Origin: an uncultured delta proteobacterium | GTDB taxonomy: Bacteria; Desulfobacterota; RBG-13-43-22 | DNA: 64,000 bases | Assembly (NCBI GenBank): GCA_963843145.1 | Contig: CAWJJC010000028.1 | Span: forward strand, 192,001-256,000 | Direction: 5' to 3' | Part shown: positions 19,064 through 28,075 of the stretch, piece by piece | Layout of the letters: each line of letters starts with the position of its first letter | Position numbering within the stretch: position 1 is the first letter of the stretch | Translations under genes and position numbers: made by a program | The notes under the pieces: model-generated | What the model was told of the DNA's origin: nothing | Database searches by the model: none | What the model saw: the letters and a program-made list of their open reading frames with translations, nothing else

Positions 19064-19384
19064 TTATGCCGGGAAGAGGTTCTTCAGGTGAATGAAAAGG
19101 ATCCCGATGTAAATGAAGTTGACCAAATACAGTCCATAATTAGCCGCGCGAAAGCGGCTTAAGGAGGCCAGAACAATAGCCGGGATGATAGTCAGGAGCA
19201 TCTTGGCTGTAAGAAAAGTTTCCGGTCCATAGCCCAGTGCCAGGCGCATGAAGGGGTTTAATTCGCTTCCGCCCCGTTGGATACAAATCAGAGTAAAAAA
19301 AGCATCCAGCACGGATAAGAGCACCAGCGAAAGAGGTAAAAGACAGGTAGTATAGGGCAGGGCAGTGATCGACTTCTGGTTCAT
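19064..19384 (-). CDS. DUF5658 membrane protein
   Basis: LSVLDAFFTL..GGSELNPFM..F..K. Confidence 0.75.
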   Translation of the reverse strand: MNQKSITALPYTTCLLPLSLVLLSVLDAFFTLICIQRGGSELNPFMRLALGYGPETFLTAKMLLTIIPAIVLASLSRFRAANYGLYLVNFIYIGILFIHLKNLFPA

Positions 19385-19474
19385 GTGTTTAGAGCCCCTA
19401 AACTGATATTGGTTCTCGGATTTGGCCTGCCGGGGGATACATACCCCTTCAAAAGGAAAGTATAACATATAATA

Positions 19475-19490
19475 AGCAAAAAATTTGCCA
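19475..19490 (-). promoter_or_regulatory. sigma54 promoter for the DUF5658 gene
   Basis: Minus strand TGGCAAATTTTTTGCT (GG-N10-GC). Confidence 0.6.
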
Positions 19491-19768
19491 AAAATATAAC
19501 TATTTTAAAATACGCATATTATCATAACTATTCTAATTGGTTGCCAAAAATAGTTGTAAGGTATTCCGACGGGTTTAAGCGGCAAAAAGAAATTGTTGTC
19601 CCCTTAAGTAAGAAAAAGTGCTGTAAATTCAATTGGTAAATAGGTCGAGAAGGAATTTTCTCAATTTGTAAAGAAAGCCGACAAACAATCGGAAAAGAAA
19701 AAGGCCGGGATTGATTTGCACTCGGACTATTGACGGAATTGTGGTAAGTCCCTCAAATAGGCCCTTAG

Positions 19769-21451
19769 CTAATTCCCCAAGGCCCGGCGACATTGGGCCG
19801 CGTAGCGATTGGCCTGATCCGAATCCGGGAAACGCTCCAGGTAGGCCAAGGCCTTTTCGAAATCCCCCAGATTGAGATAATTCAAACCCAGACAAAGGGT
19901 CAGTTCTTGGCTGTCCGGGTAATGAAGGAGCCCCTCGATGAGCAGGCGATTGGACTCCCTGAAGTCCCCGGCTTTTTGTTTCAGGATTCCCAATCCTAAA
20001 TAGGCGCGATGATCGGGCGCGTAGCCGAGGGATCTCCAGAAGAGCTTCTCCGCTGTGGCCGCCCTTTCCCGAACCTGCTCCTTTTTGGCGAAATCACCAT
20101 GGCTGAAAGTCAGGCCCAGGCGGGAGAGGAAATCGGCATTTTGTGGGTCGAGGTCCTTTCGGTCGCTGAGCTCAATTTCACCAGCGTAGGAATGAACGTT
20201 TTCGAGAAACGTCGTCCGAAGCTTCAGGCCAAATTCCAAGATTTTTTCTTCGGTCAGCCGAGGGTCGGTTTCATAATACAGGATTCCCTCGATCTGATTC
20301 AGCCAGATTTCATCGGTGATCCGGGTTTCCTTTCTTAGTCGATCATAAAGCGCGGTCCCCGGGAATAGATCCAGGAGATAGAAGATCGCTCCCAAGGGTT
20401 TGATTTCCCGGATCAGATCAAGGGTCTCCCGGATGGTGTCCTCCGACTCCCCCGGAGCGCCGTAGATGAAATAGGCTCGGGCCAGGATGCCGTAGCGTCT
20501 GGTCAGAGAAAAAGCCTTTTTAACGTCTTCGGTTCGAATCGTTTTGTTAAGGGTCTGCCGGATTCTTTCACTGCCGCTCTCCACCCCGTAACTGATCTGC
20601 AGGCAGCCGGCCTTTCGCATCCAGTAGAGGACTTCCTCATCCACCCGGTCCACCCGGGAGATGGCATTCCAGGACAGGACCAGTTGCCGCTCGATAATGC
20701 CCCGGCAGACGGCGATGAGGCGCTCCTTGTCCACCGTGAAAGTGTCATCCGAGATATAGAAAAAATCGATTCCTTTCTGGTGGAGGCGTTCGAGTTGGGA
20801 GACAAAGTAGTCCGGAGAGTGGAACCGGATCCGGCGTCCCCAGAATTTTGGGGAGCCGCAAAAGGAGCAGTCCCAGGCACAACCCCTACTGGAAACCACA
20901 TGTTGGAAGGTGAAATATTTCGCCGGATCCGGCAGCAGGTCCAGGTCCTGGATCGGCTCGGAGGCTCGGGTTTGGACCGGTCTGCCGCTCTTCCGGAAGG
21001 CGATTCCGGCTACCTCCTCCGGGTGGGCCGCACCTCTTTTTTCGAGGTGCCGGATCAGATTCCCCAAGGGGATTTCCCCTTCCCTCAGGACGATGAAATC
21101 GATTTCCTTAAAATGGGTCAGGAGGTGCTCCCAAAGAAAAGTAGCCCCGATTCCGCCCAGGACGATTTTCACTTCGGGGTTTAATTCCTTGGCGATGCGG
21201 GCGATCTCAATGGCACCCCAGCGATTGGCATGGAGAATGGAGAAACCGATGACCTCCGGTCTTTCCAGCTCCAGCAGTTCCCGAATTTTTTCGGGGGATT
21301 TCCGGATATCGTGCCAGTTCCAGATTTTCACCTCCTGCCCCGCCTCTTTAAGGAAGGCTCCGATATAATACAACCCGATCGGAGGAACCGTCACTTCTTC
21401 CCAATGAACCCGATCGACCAGGAAATAAGGATAAATGAGCGCTATTTTCAT
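19769..21451 (-). CDS. B12-binding radical SAM protein with C-terminal TPRs
   Basis: PPIGLYYIGA, RGCAWDCSFC, YGVESGS, TPR-like tail. Confidence 0.88.
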   Translation of the reverse strand: MKIALIYPYFLVDRVHWEEVTVPPIGLYYIGAFLKEAGQEVKIWNWHDIRKSPEKIRELLELERPEVIGFSILHANRWGAIEIARIAKELNPEVKIVLGGIGATFLWEHLLTHFKEIDFIVLREGEIPLGNLIRHLEKRGAAHPEEVAGIAFRKSGRPVQTRASEPIQDLDLLPDPAKYFTFQHVVSSRGCAWDCSFCGSPKFWGRRIRFHSPDYFVSQLERLHQKGIDFFYISDDTFTVDKERLIAVCRGIIERQLVLSWNAISRVDRVDEEVLYWMRKAGCLQISYGVESGSERIRQTLNKTIRTEDVKKAFSLTRRYGILARAYFIYGAPGESEDTIRETLDLIREIKPLGAIFYLLDLFPGTALYDRLRKETRITDEIWLNQIEGILYYETDPRLTEEKILEFGLKLRTTFLENVHSYAGEIELSDRKDLDPQNADFLSRLGLTFSHGDFAKKEQVRERAATAEKLFWRSLGYAPDHRAYLGLGILKQKAGDFRESNRLLIEGLLHYPDSQELTLCLGLNYLNLGDFEKALAYLERFPDSDQANRYAAQCRRALGN

Positions 21452-21548
21452 AAAGAATCCCCTTGATTTCTTTTGAATTTATTATAAGGTCTAGGTAGCT
21501 TTTTAGCCATTTGAAAAAAAACTATGGGTCTAATTTAGGAGCCTGAAG

Positions 21549-22346
21549 ATGTCTTCCCTCCCCTCGGGCCCGTTCCCTCCCCGGACGATTCGAGAGCAAT
21601 GCCGGAAAGGGCGCTGGGCCAAACCCACTTCCGGCCTGGCCTCGGGATTTGCCCAGGCCAATATGGTCATTTTGGATCGATGGTTGGCCTTTGATTTCCT
21701 CCTCTTCTGCCAGAGGAATCCCAAACCCTGCCCGGTTCTGGAAGTACTGGAGCCGGGTGAAAAAGAACCGATCAGGACCGCACCCGGGGCCGATATCACC
21801 ACCGACCTGCCTCTGTACCGGATTTGGAAAAAGGGGCAATTGGTTCAGGAAGTGAAGACCATCCGCGCCTGGTTTAACCAAGACCTGGTCACTTTTCTCT
21901 TGGGGTGCAGCTTCAGTTTCGAGGAGGCTCTGGTCCAAGCCGGGGTACCGGTCCGCAATATCGAGGAAAATAAAAATGTTTCCATGTATGTGACCAACCG
22001 TTCCTGCGATCCGGCCGGTCCATTTAAGGCCCCCTTGGTGGTGACCATGCGGCCTATCCCAGAGGCCCTGGTTCCCAGGGCGGTCCAGATCACCTCTCGT
22101 TATGCTTCGGTCCATGGGGCGCCGATCCATATCGGCAGTCCCCGGGCTTTGGGGATCCGGGACTTAAGACGTCCGGATTTCGGGGACCCGGTGACCATTA
22201 ATAAAGGGGAAACTCCGGTATTCTGGGCCTGCGGGGTGACTTCCACCCTGGCCGCTTTGTCCGTCAACGCGGATCTTTGTATTACCCACGCCCCGGGCCA
22301 CATGTTTATTACCGATGTTCCCAATGAAAGCTTGGCGGTGATTTGA
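21549..22346 (+). CDS. DUF1445 / D-glutamate cyclase-like putative hydro-lyase
   Basis: FCQRNPKPCP, GCSFSFE, HGAPIHIG, FWACGVT, THAPGHMF. Confidence 0.88.
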   Translation: MSSLPSGPFPPRTIREQCRKGRWAKPTSGLASGFAQANMVILDRWLAFDFLLFCQRNPKPCPVLEVLEPGEKEPIRTAPGADITTDLPLYRIWKKGQLVQEVKTIRAWFNQDLVTFLLGCSFSFEEALVQAGVPVRNIEENKNVSMYVTNRSCDPAGPFKAPLVVTMRPIPEALVPRAVQITSRYASVHGAPIHIGSPRALGIRDLRRPDFGDPVTINKGETPVFWACGVTSTLAALSVNADLCITHAPGHMFITDVPNESLAVI

Positions 22347-22370
22347 CAAGCCGATCAGGAAAGAATAGTT

Positions 22371-22528
22371 GGACTAATGGAATAGTGGAATAGTGGAAAT
22401 ATGGAATGATGGGTTAAGATCCCGGGAGAAGGATTTGGCTCAATAGGGGTGAAATAATTAGAGGGCCATCCTGACCCGGGGCAGTGGTTTTCCAACCGTA
22501 TTCCAGTATTCCATCATTCCATTAGTCC
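22371..22528. repeat. MITE-like element with TGGAATAG octamer inverted arms
   Basis: 13-bp perfect terminal IR ggactaatggaat/attccattagtcc, extending imperfectly to ~28 bp. Confidence 0.7.
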
Positions 22529-22553
22529 GTCTTTTAGTAATCGGAGGAAGCAG

Positions 22554-23324
22554 ATGAGTATCGATATAAACTGCGATATGGGAGAGAGTTTTGGTTCCTA
22601 CCGGATCGGCGAGGATGAAAAGATCATTCCCTATATAAGCTCTGTCAATATCGCCTGCGGCTATCATGCGGGCGACCCCTCGGTCATGGATCAGACCGTG
22701 CAATTGGCCAAGGAACACGGGGTGGCCGTGGGGGCCCATCCAGGCTTCCCGGATCTTTTAGGATATGGCCGGCGGATTTTGGAGACCTTTCCCGGAGAGG
22801 TGCGGCGCTATATCCTCTACCAGGTGGGGGCCTTGGCCGCTTTTTGCCGAGTGAACGAAATCAAACTGCAGCATGTCAAACCGCACGGGGCCTTGTACAA
22901 TCTGGCTGCCCGGGATGAAAAAACAGCCCGGGAAATCATCGAGGCGGTAAAGGCCTATGATCCCGAATTGATCCTGGTGGCCCTGTCCGGTTCCCGCCTG
23001 GCGGAAATGGCCGGGTCGACGGGTTTAAAAGTGGCCCGGGAAGTGTTTCCCGACCGGGCTTACCTGGCGGATGGTCGACTGGCCCCGCGCCACCTGCCGG
23101 GAGCGGTAATCCAGGAGGTGGAGCAGGTCAGGGAGCGGACAGTCCGGCTGATAACCCGGGGGACCGTGATCACTATTGAGGGGCCGGAGATCGAACTGAA
23201 AGCCGATACCCTCTGCCTTCACGGGGACACCCCCGGGGCTTGGATGTTAGCCAAAACGATTGGCGAGGCCTTGCGAGAAGCGGGTATCCCCATTAAACCT
23301 CTTGGCCAAATCCTTTTACCTTGA
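22554..23324 (+). CDS. pxpA: 5-oxoprolinase subunit A (LamB/YcsF)
   Basis: IDINCDMGESFG, ACGYHAGDP, HVKPHGALYN, CLHGDTP. Confidence 0.92.
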   Translation: MSIDINCDMGESFGSYRIGEDEKIIPYISSVNIACGYHAGDPSVMDQTVQLAKEHGVAVGAHPGFPDLLGYGRRILETFPGEVRRYILYQVGALAAFCRVNEIKLQHVKPHGALYNLAARDEKTAREIIEAVKAYDPELILVALSGSRLAEMAGSTGLKVAREVFPDRAYLADGRLAPRHLPGAVIQEVEQVRERTVRLITRGTVITIEGPEIELKADTLCLHGDTPGAWMLAKTIGEALREAGIPIKPLGQILLP

Positions 23325-23349
23325 CAGCCCAGGGGGCCTTCCCTAATAT
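23321..23349 (+). promoter_or_regulatory. sigma70 promoter of ferredoxin
   Basis: TTGACA-N17-TAATAT. Confidence 0.65.
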
Positions 23350-23408
23350 AGCATTTCGACAAATCTCCCTTTATAGAGGCATACAAAAATAATATTACAA
23401 GAGGGTAA

Positions 23409-23600
23409 ATGGGTATGTTCAAAGTAACAGTCGATCCAGAAAAGTGCATAGGGGATGAGGAGTGCATCGAGGTTTGCCCGGTGGACGTCTACGAATTACA
23501 GGACGGGCGGTCAGTCCCGGTGCGGGCCGACGAATGTTTGGGCTGCGAGAGTTGTCTGGAGGTTTGCGAGCCGGCCGCCATTACGATCACGGAAGTCTAA
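23409..23600 (+). CDS. Ferredoxin, 2[4Fe-4S] or 3Fe/4Fe type
   Basis: CIGDEECIEVCP (Asp replaces the second Cys) and CLGCESCLEVC. Confidence 0.92.
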   Translation: MGMFKVTVDPEKCIGDEECIEVCPVDVYELQDGRSVPVRADECLGCESCLEVCEPAAITITEV

Positions 23601-23612
23601 CCAACGTGCTTG

Positions 23613-23705
23613 TTTCGGCCTGCGACGAGCCCTTCGACAAGCTCAGGGCCTTGAGTTTACCGAAAGGCTCAGCCGAGTCGATTTCGTGCTTCGGATTTCG
23701 GTTTT
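23613..23705. repeat. REP-like element (cccttcgacaagctcaggg) plus CGGATTT repeats
   Basis: Nested hairpins gagcccttcg..cgaaaggctc. Confidence 0.55.
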
Positions 23706-23786
23706 TAGGGATCCTAACTTGTTCATTAATAAAAGCTAGGGATAAATTCTCAGCTTCAAATAATGGAAGGACCTGATTGTGAAGAT

Positions 23787-23825
23787 AAAAAAGGCCTGTG
23801 GACGGCTAAATCCACAGGCCTTTTT
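23787..23825. terminator. Bidirectional Rho-independent terminator
   Basis: aaaaaaggcctgtgga-cggctaaa-tccacaggcctttt between convergent ferredoxin and cytochrome c3 genes. Confidence 0.85.
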
Positions 23826-23845
23826 CTATTGGCTATATTAGATAC

Positions 23846-24277
23846 TTACTTCTTTTCCACCACGTGGCATTGCGCGCAAACGGTGGGGCCGGTCTTTTTA
23901 CCTTCGGCTTTCAGCTTCTTATGGCAGTCCTGGCAGTTTTTGTGGTAGGCCAGTTGAAGATTCAACTTCTTACCCTCTGGGGCCACTTTGTGGCACTCGC
24001 TGCACTTCTGGACCTTGTCTCCCTGTTTCCAGATATTTTTCCCGTCCTTGTAGTTGTGGTGGCACTCGGTGCAGGCGATCTTATGGAGTTCGACGTGTTT
24101 TTTGTGGGTGAATTCCACGGCCGGCTTGGTGCGTTTGCCGTCTTTAAACAAGGCCTTGTCGTTATCGATCTTAAGGGTATCAGGCGGCTTCTGGTCAGCC
24201 GCATAGACCCAAGCCATCAAGCTCAGGGAAAGAACAAAGGCCAAGAGGATAGACATCACCGCTAAACTTTTTTTCAT
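23846..24277 (-). CDS. Tetraheme cytochrome c3 (class III)
   Basis: Signal peptide, FTHKKH, four CxxCH (CTECH, CSECH, CQDCH, CAQCH). Confidence 0.93.
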   Translation of the reverse strand: MKKSLAVMSILLAFVLSLSLMAWVYAADQKPPDTLKIDNDKALFKDGKRTKPAVEFTHKKHVELHKIACTECHHNYKDGKNIWKQGDKVQKCSECHKVAPEGKKLNLQLAYHKNCQDCHKKLKAEGKKTGPTVCAQCHVVEKK

Positions 24278-24363
24278 CCTATATTTCACCTCCTTTCAAA
24301 TAGTTTATTTTTTTATTTCCAACAGTTACCGCTTTCTTAGAAAAACCACTTAAAAATTATGAA

Positions 24364-24428
24364 CATATAACCAAACCCGGTGCATCTGTCAAGAAAAAGT
24401 TGACAAGGCCGGTAAGTTCTGTTAAAAA
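24364..24428. promoter_or_regulatory. Back-to-back sigma70 promoters (TGTCAA-N7-TTGACA)
   Basis: Each TTGACA has a -10-like hexamer 17 nt away; serves divergent genes. Confidence 0.5.
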
Positions 24429-24456
24429 AATAGCAGAGCTTATTGAGGAGGCAACT

Positions 24457-24633
24457 ATGTCAGGAACATTGAGCACTCATAGTGTCTGGAGCATACTCCC
24501 CTGGGATGTCCCCTGGGATGCGGGGCATTTTGTTTTTTTAGGCTTGGCTTACCTGGTGTTGACGGTGATCGGGGTTACCCTGGTGGTGGTGTCTTTGAAG
24601 ACCAGGCGTAACCTGCGGGAATCCGAGCATTAA
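24457..24633 (+). CDS. Small single-TM protein (58 aa)
   Basis: GAGGAGG RBS; LPWDVPWDAGHFVFLGLAY followed by a TM helix. Confidence 0.7.
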   Translation: MSGTLSTHSVWSILPWDVPWDAGHFVFLGLAYLVLTVIGVTLVVVSLKTRRNLRESEH

Positions 24634-24655
24634 TCTCTAAGATGAAGGAGCGGTT

Positions 24656-24850
24656 ATGTTTGGTTTGGGTACCCAGGAATTAATCATAATTTTAGGAATA
24701 GCCCTGTTTATATTCGGGGCCAAAAAGTTGCCCGAGATCGGTAAGGGATTGGGAAAGAGCATCCGGGAATTTAAAACCAGCGTGAGCGGCGAGGATGAAA
24801 AGGAATCTCCAAGCCAACCCAAAGAGATCGATAAAGAGAACAAGGCCTAA
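24656..24850 (+). CDS. tatA: Twin-arginine translocase subunit TatA
   Basis: MFGLGTQELIIIL..FGAKKLPEIGKGLGKSIREFK. Confidence 0.95.
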   Translation: MFGLGTQELIIILGIALFIFGAKKLPEIGKGLGKSIREFKTSVSGEDEKESPSQPKEIDKENKA

Positions 24851-25022
24851 ACTTTCCGATATTAACAGAACCTCTCGAAAACCTCGCGTCCATCGATTGA
24901 TATATCCGCTATTGAAAGGGTGAACCCCCGAATCCCTTCCTCTAAAATAAATTGAAGAATTACCCCCACCTGTGTTAAAATTATTTGATTTAACATTTTC
25001 TTTTGTTTATAAGGTACCATAA

Positions 25023-25718
25023 ATTATTACTGAAATAAACAGCAACCCCCATTATTGGGATCACCGCCAGAGGCTCAAAGTCCGCCTATCGGGGATGGGT
25101 TTGGTTTCATTCCAGGACTACGAGGTGGTGGAAGTCATTTTGACCTACGCCCTGGCCCGGAAAGATGTAAAACCCTTAGCCAAGAAGTTGCTGCATACCT
25201 TTGGGTCCTTCCGGGGCCTTTTGGAAGCGCCGACGGAAGAAATTAAAAAAATCGAAGGGGTTTCCGACCATACCGCTCTTTTGTTCAAACTGATTAAAGA
25301 AGCCTCGGATCGTTATCTGGGGGAAAAAGTCCTGAATTCCGCCGATATTATCGCTTCCCCCAGGGACTTATTGAATTACTGCCATTCCAAAATGGGCTGG
25401 CTGAAAGACGAGCAGTTCCGGTTGGTCTATTTGAATACCCGAAATCAAGTGATACGGGACGAAGTGCTTCAGGAGGGAACGGTGGACCAAACCGTCGTCT
25501 ACCCGCGCAAGGTTTTGGAAAGGGCTATTCAACTCAAGGCCACGGCGTTGATTATGGTTCATAATCATCCCAGCGGATCGGTTACCCCGTCGCTGGAAGA
25601 TAAGGAACTGACCCGAACTCTGGTCCAGGCGGCCCAAAATTTACAGATTAAGATCCATGACCATTTGATTATCGGTCGGGAAGAACATTTCAGTTTTTTG
25701 GAAAACAACCTGCTCTAA
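25023..25718 (+). CDS. radC: RadC / JAB-domain protein (possible ATT start at 25023; first ATG at 25095)
   Basis: HNHPSG..S..D, HDHLII, VYPRKV. The conserved N-terminal PHYWDHRQRL lies upstream of the first ATG. Confidence 0.88.
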   Translation: MITEINSNPHYWDHRQRLKVRLSGMGLVSFQDYEVVEVILTYALARKDVKPLAKKLLHTFGSFRGLLEAPTEEIKKIEGVSDHTALLFKLIKEASDRYLGEKVLNSADIIASPRDLLNYCHSKMGWLKDEQFRLVYLNTRNQVIRDEVLQEGTVDQTVVYPRKVLERAIQLKATALIMVHNHPSGSVTPSLEDKELTRTLVQAAQNLQIKIHDHLIIGREEHFSFLENNLL

Positions 25719-25727
25719 GGCCGGGCC

Positions 25728-25910
25728 ATGGAGAAAGAACCCATGAATAATGTTGAGATCTTGCGGCTGGAACTGGAAGAAATCTTAAAGCACAAGTGGA
25801 TTGAATCGGAAAAAGCCGGGTATGACCTGGGTGATCAGGCGGTCTGGGATTGGGTCAAAAATTACGCCTTTGAATTTCGGGAATATTGGGAGGGCAAGAA
25901 AAAATCCTAA
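25728..25910 (+). CDS. Small DUF4032-like protein
   Basis: EILKHKWIESEKAGYDLG..A..DW. Confidence 0.7.
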   Translation: MEKEPMNNVEILRLELEEILKHKWIESEKAGYDLGDQAVWDWVKNYAFEFREYWEGKKKS

Positions 25911-26126
25911 ATTTCCCCTTCCTTTCCTGATTCACCGCCGCCGCCCTCCTCCTTTTTCCAGCATTACCATGGATTATTCCTTTATCCCATTTTTTAGAGG
26001 CTTCGCCTTTTTGGGTGGGTACTTCCACCTATCTGGTATGGCCGAAGGGTCTCGGCGAAAGGGTTTTCCAAAAGTACCTCGGACTTCGAACCCGGGCCTT
26101 AATTATTAACTTCATTGGAGGTCTCT

Positions 26127-26717
26127 ATGGCCCACCCAGGGATTAAAGATTCCTACCGGGGCAAAGCGAAACAAGAGGGCTTTCCGGCCCGCTCCGTGTA
26201 TAAACTGAAAGAGATTCAGCAGCGCTACCGGTTGATCCGTCCAGGAATTTGTGTAGTCGATCTGGGATGTCATCCCGGTTCATGGCTTCGGTTCTGTTCC
26301 CAAATCGTCGGGCCCCGCGGAAGGATTTTGGGGATCGACCAAAAGCCCCCGATCATTCCCCTGGAACCCCCGATTGCTTTTCTTGAGGCCGATGTCCTGA
26401 CCCTGTCCCGAAAACAATTGCCGGATTGGAGCCGTGAGGTAGATCTGGTATTGAGCGATTTGGCTCCCCATACCTCGGGCATCAAATGGTTGGACCACCA
26501 ACGATCTTTGGATTTGGCCCAGAGGGCCCTGGAAATCGCCGCCTGGATCCTGAAACCGAAGGGGGGGTTCTTAGTGAAGCTTTTTCAGGGAGAAGACTCC
26601 CTTGCCTTTCATAACAGAATGAAAGACTTTTTTAGACAGGTCGACACCGAAAAACCCCGCAGCTCCCGGCAGGCAAGCCCGGAGGTTTATCTCATCGGGC
26701 GGGGTTTTGCGGGTTGA
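26127..26717 (+). CDS. rlmE: 23S rRNA Um2552 methyltransferase
   Basis: ARSVYKLKEI, DLGCHPGSW, SDLAP, KPRSSR..S.EVY. Confidence 0.93.
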   Translation: MAHPGIKDSYRGKAKQEGFPARSVYKLKEIQQRYRLIRPGICVVDLGCHPGSWLRFCSQIVGPRGRILGIDQKPPIIPLEPPIAFLEADVLTLSRKQLPDWSREVDLVLSDLAPHTSGIKWLDHQRSLDLAQRALEIAAWILKPKGGFLVKLFQGEDSLAFHNRMKDFFRQVDTEKPRSSRQASPEVYLIGRGFAG

Positions 26718-26894
26718 ACCCCCTTGCCCGGGGTTGGCTCCCCGAAGCATGAAAATATGGCGCCGCTCCGTTTTTTCGTAGCTACGAACCAAATAATCAA
26801 TAATCAATTGGTAATTAATAATTAAAAAATGATTATTGACTATTGGCTATGGTGCAGGTTGAAGAGTTTATATTTGTACTAAACCCGGATTTTC

Positions 26895-27896
26895 CTATTT
26901 AGGGCCGAAGGCCGGCCCGGTTATGGGCGGCGTCGATCCAGGCGCCGGCGGTGATGAGGAAGGTGTTTTTTTGCCCTTGCGGACACTGGCCTTGGTGGAG
27001 GCCGTTGAAAAACCGGGCTGTTCCTTATTGACCGAAGCCAGCGACAGCGGGATCCTGACCACTTCCTGGGCTTTCAATTTAAAGGGCTCCTTATCCAGGT
27101 TGTGGCTGGCCAGCACCTTCCAGTTGTTGGCGTTTCCTGAATACCACTTGGCAATGGTGGCCAAAGTTTCGCCGGCATAGACTTTATGAAAAATGTAGTC
27201 TCCTTTCGGGGCTGGAGGCTCAGCGATAGCCGGGGCCAGTGGAGCGGGGGAAGGCGCGGCCCGAGGAGCGGCAGGGACTTTCTCTTCCGCCCGCGGCACC
27301 GCCGGTTTCTCGGCCAGGGACTTTAGAAATTCGTGGTCGGAAAAAAGGGCTTCGGTAATCATCACCAGAGAATCGCTGAAACTTTCATTATAGTTGGTTT
27401 CCGACAGGCTGCGCCCGAAGTTTTTCCCGGAGCCGGAATAATTTTTTTGAAAGAGAACACGGCCGTTCTTATCGCGCACTTCCAGTTTTAACAGGGTCTC
27501 CGTGTTATAGCGGTTGGTTTCCACCGTCCAGAATTTTACCAGGGATCCGCCAATGATTTTTTCGGCCGCTCCCGGGCTGCCGACCACGGAAAATCCTTTG
27601 TTCCTAAACTCCTTACTCAAGGCGGACTTAACCAGGTTTCCGGCCGCCTGGGGATCGGAAGAAACCACCACCACCCGGTTCCCTCTGTCTTCCAAGTTTT
27701 CACCCAATTGGCGCGGTTGGGAACGCTGATCACGGAATTCGTCAAAAAATATTTTTTGTGAAGGAACCGAGGAGGGCGATTTCTTTACCTTGGCATTGGG
27801 CTTGTATTCCACTTGGATGGTTTGCTCGGATCCACGGGCTTCGATGAATCCTGCCCCCAACAATAAGACCGCTACTATAATTCCTATTTTTTTCAC
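26895..27896 (-). CDS. Exported YajG-like + LysM protein, C-terminus AFGPK (paralogue 1)
   Basis: Signal peptide, Pro/Ala linker, HKVYAGETLATIAKWY LysM. Confidence 0.8.
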   Translation of the reverse strand: MKKIGIIVAVLLLGAGFIEARGSEQTIQVEYKPNAKVKKSPSSVPSQKIFFDEFRDQRSQPRQLGENLEDRGNRVVVVSSDPQAAGNLVKSALSKEFRNKGFSVVGSPGAAEKIIGGSLVKFWTVETNRYNTETLLKLEVRDKNGRVLFQKNYSGSGKNFGRSLSETNYNESFSDSLVMITEALFSDHEFLKSLAEKPAVPRAEEKVPAAPRAAPSPAPLAPAIAEPPAPKGDYIFHKVYAGETLATIAKWYSGNANNWKVLASHNLDKEPFKLKAQEVVRIPLSLASVNKEQPGFSTASTKASVRKGKKTPSSSPPAPGSTPPITGPAFGPK

Positions 27897-27922
27897 GGTT
27901 CGACCTCTCGATTCGGTTGGGT

Positions 27923-27980
27923 TAGATTCTTACATCCATTGTTCTGAGAATTTGGCTCTAACAATGGATGCAAGAATCTA
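27923..27980. repeat. 58-bp palindrome, copy 2
   Basis: Differs from 8572-8629 at only three positions. Confidence 0.9.
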
Positions 27981-28075
27981 AACAAAAAAAGGTTTCTTTG
28001 AAATCTGTCGTAGTGGTTTCTATTTCAGCCAAAAATATTTGAAATATTTTTGGCTAGGCCTTTCACTTGGACCTT

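Noticed and set aside
25023-25718. radC as a marker of a prophage or ICE
   Set aside because: Full-length housekeeping-type RadC among core genes; no integrase or phage genes
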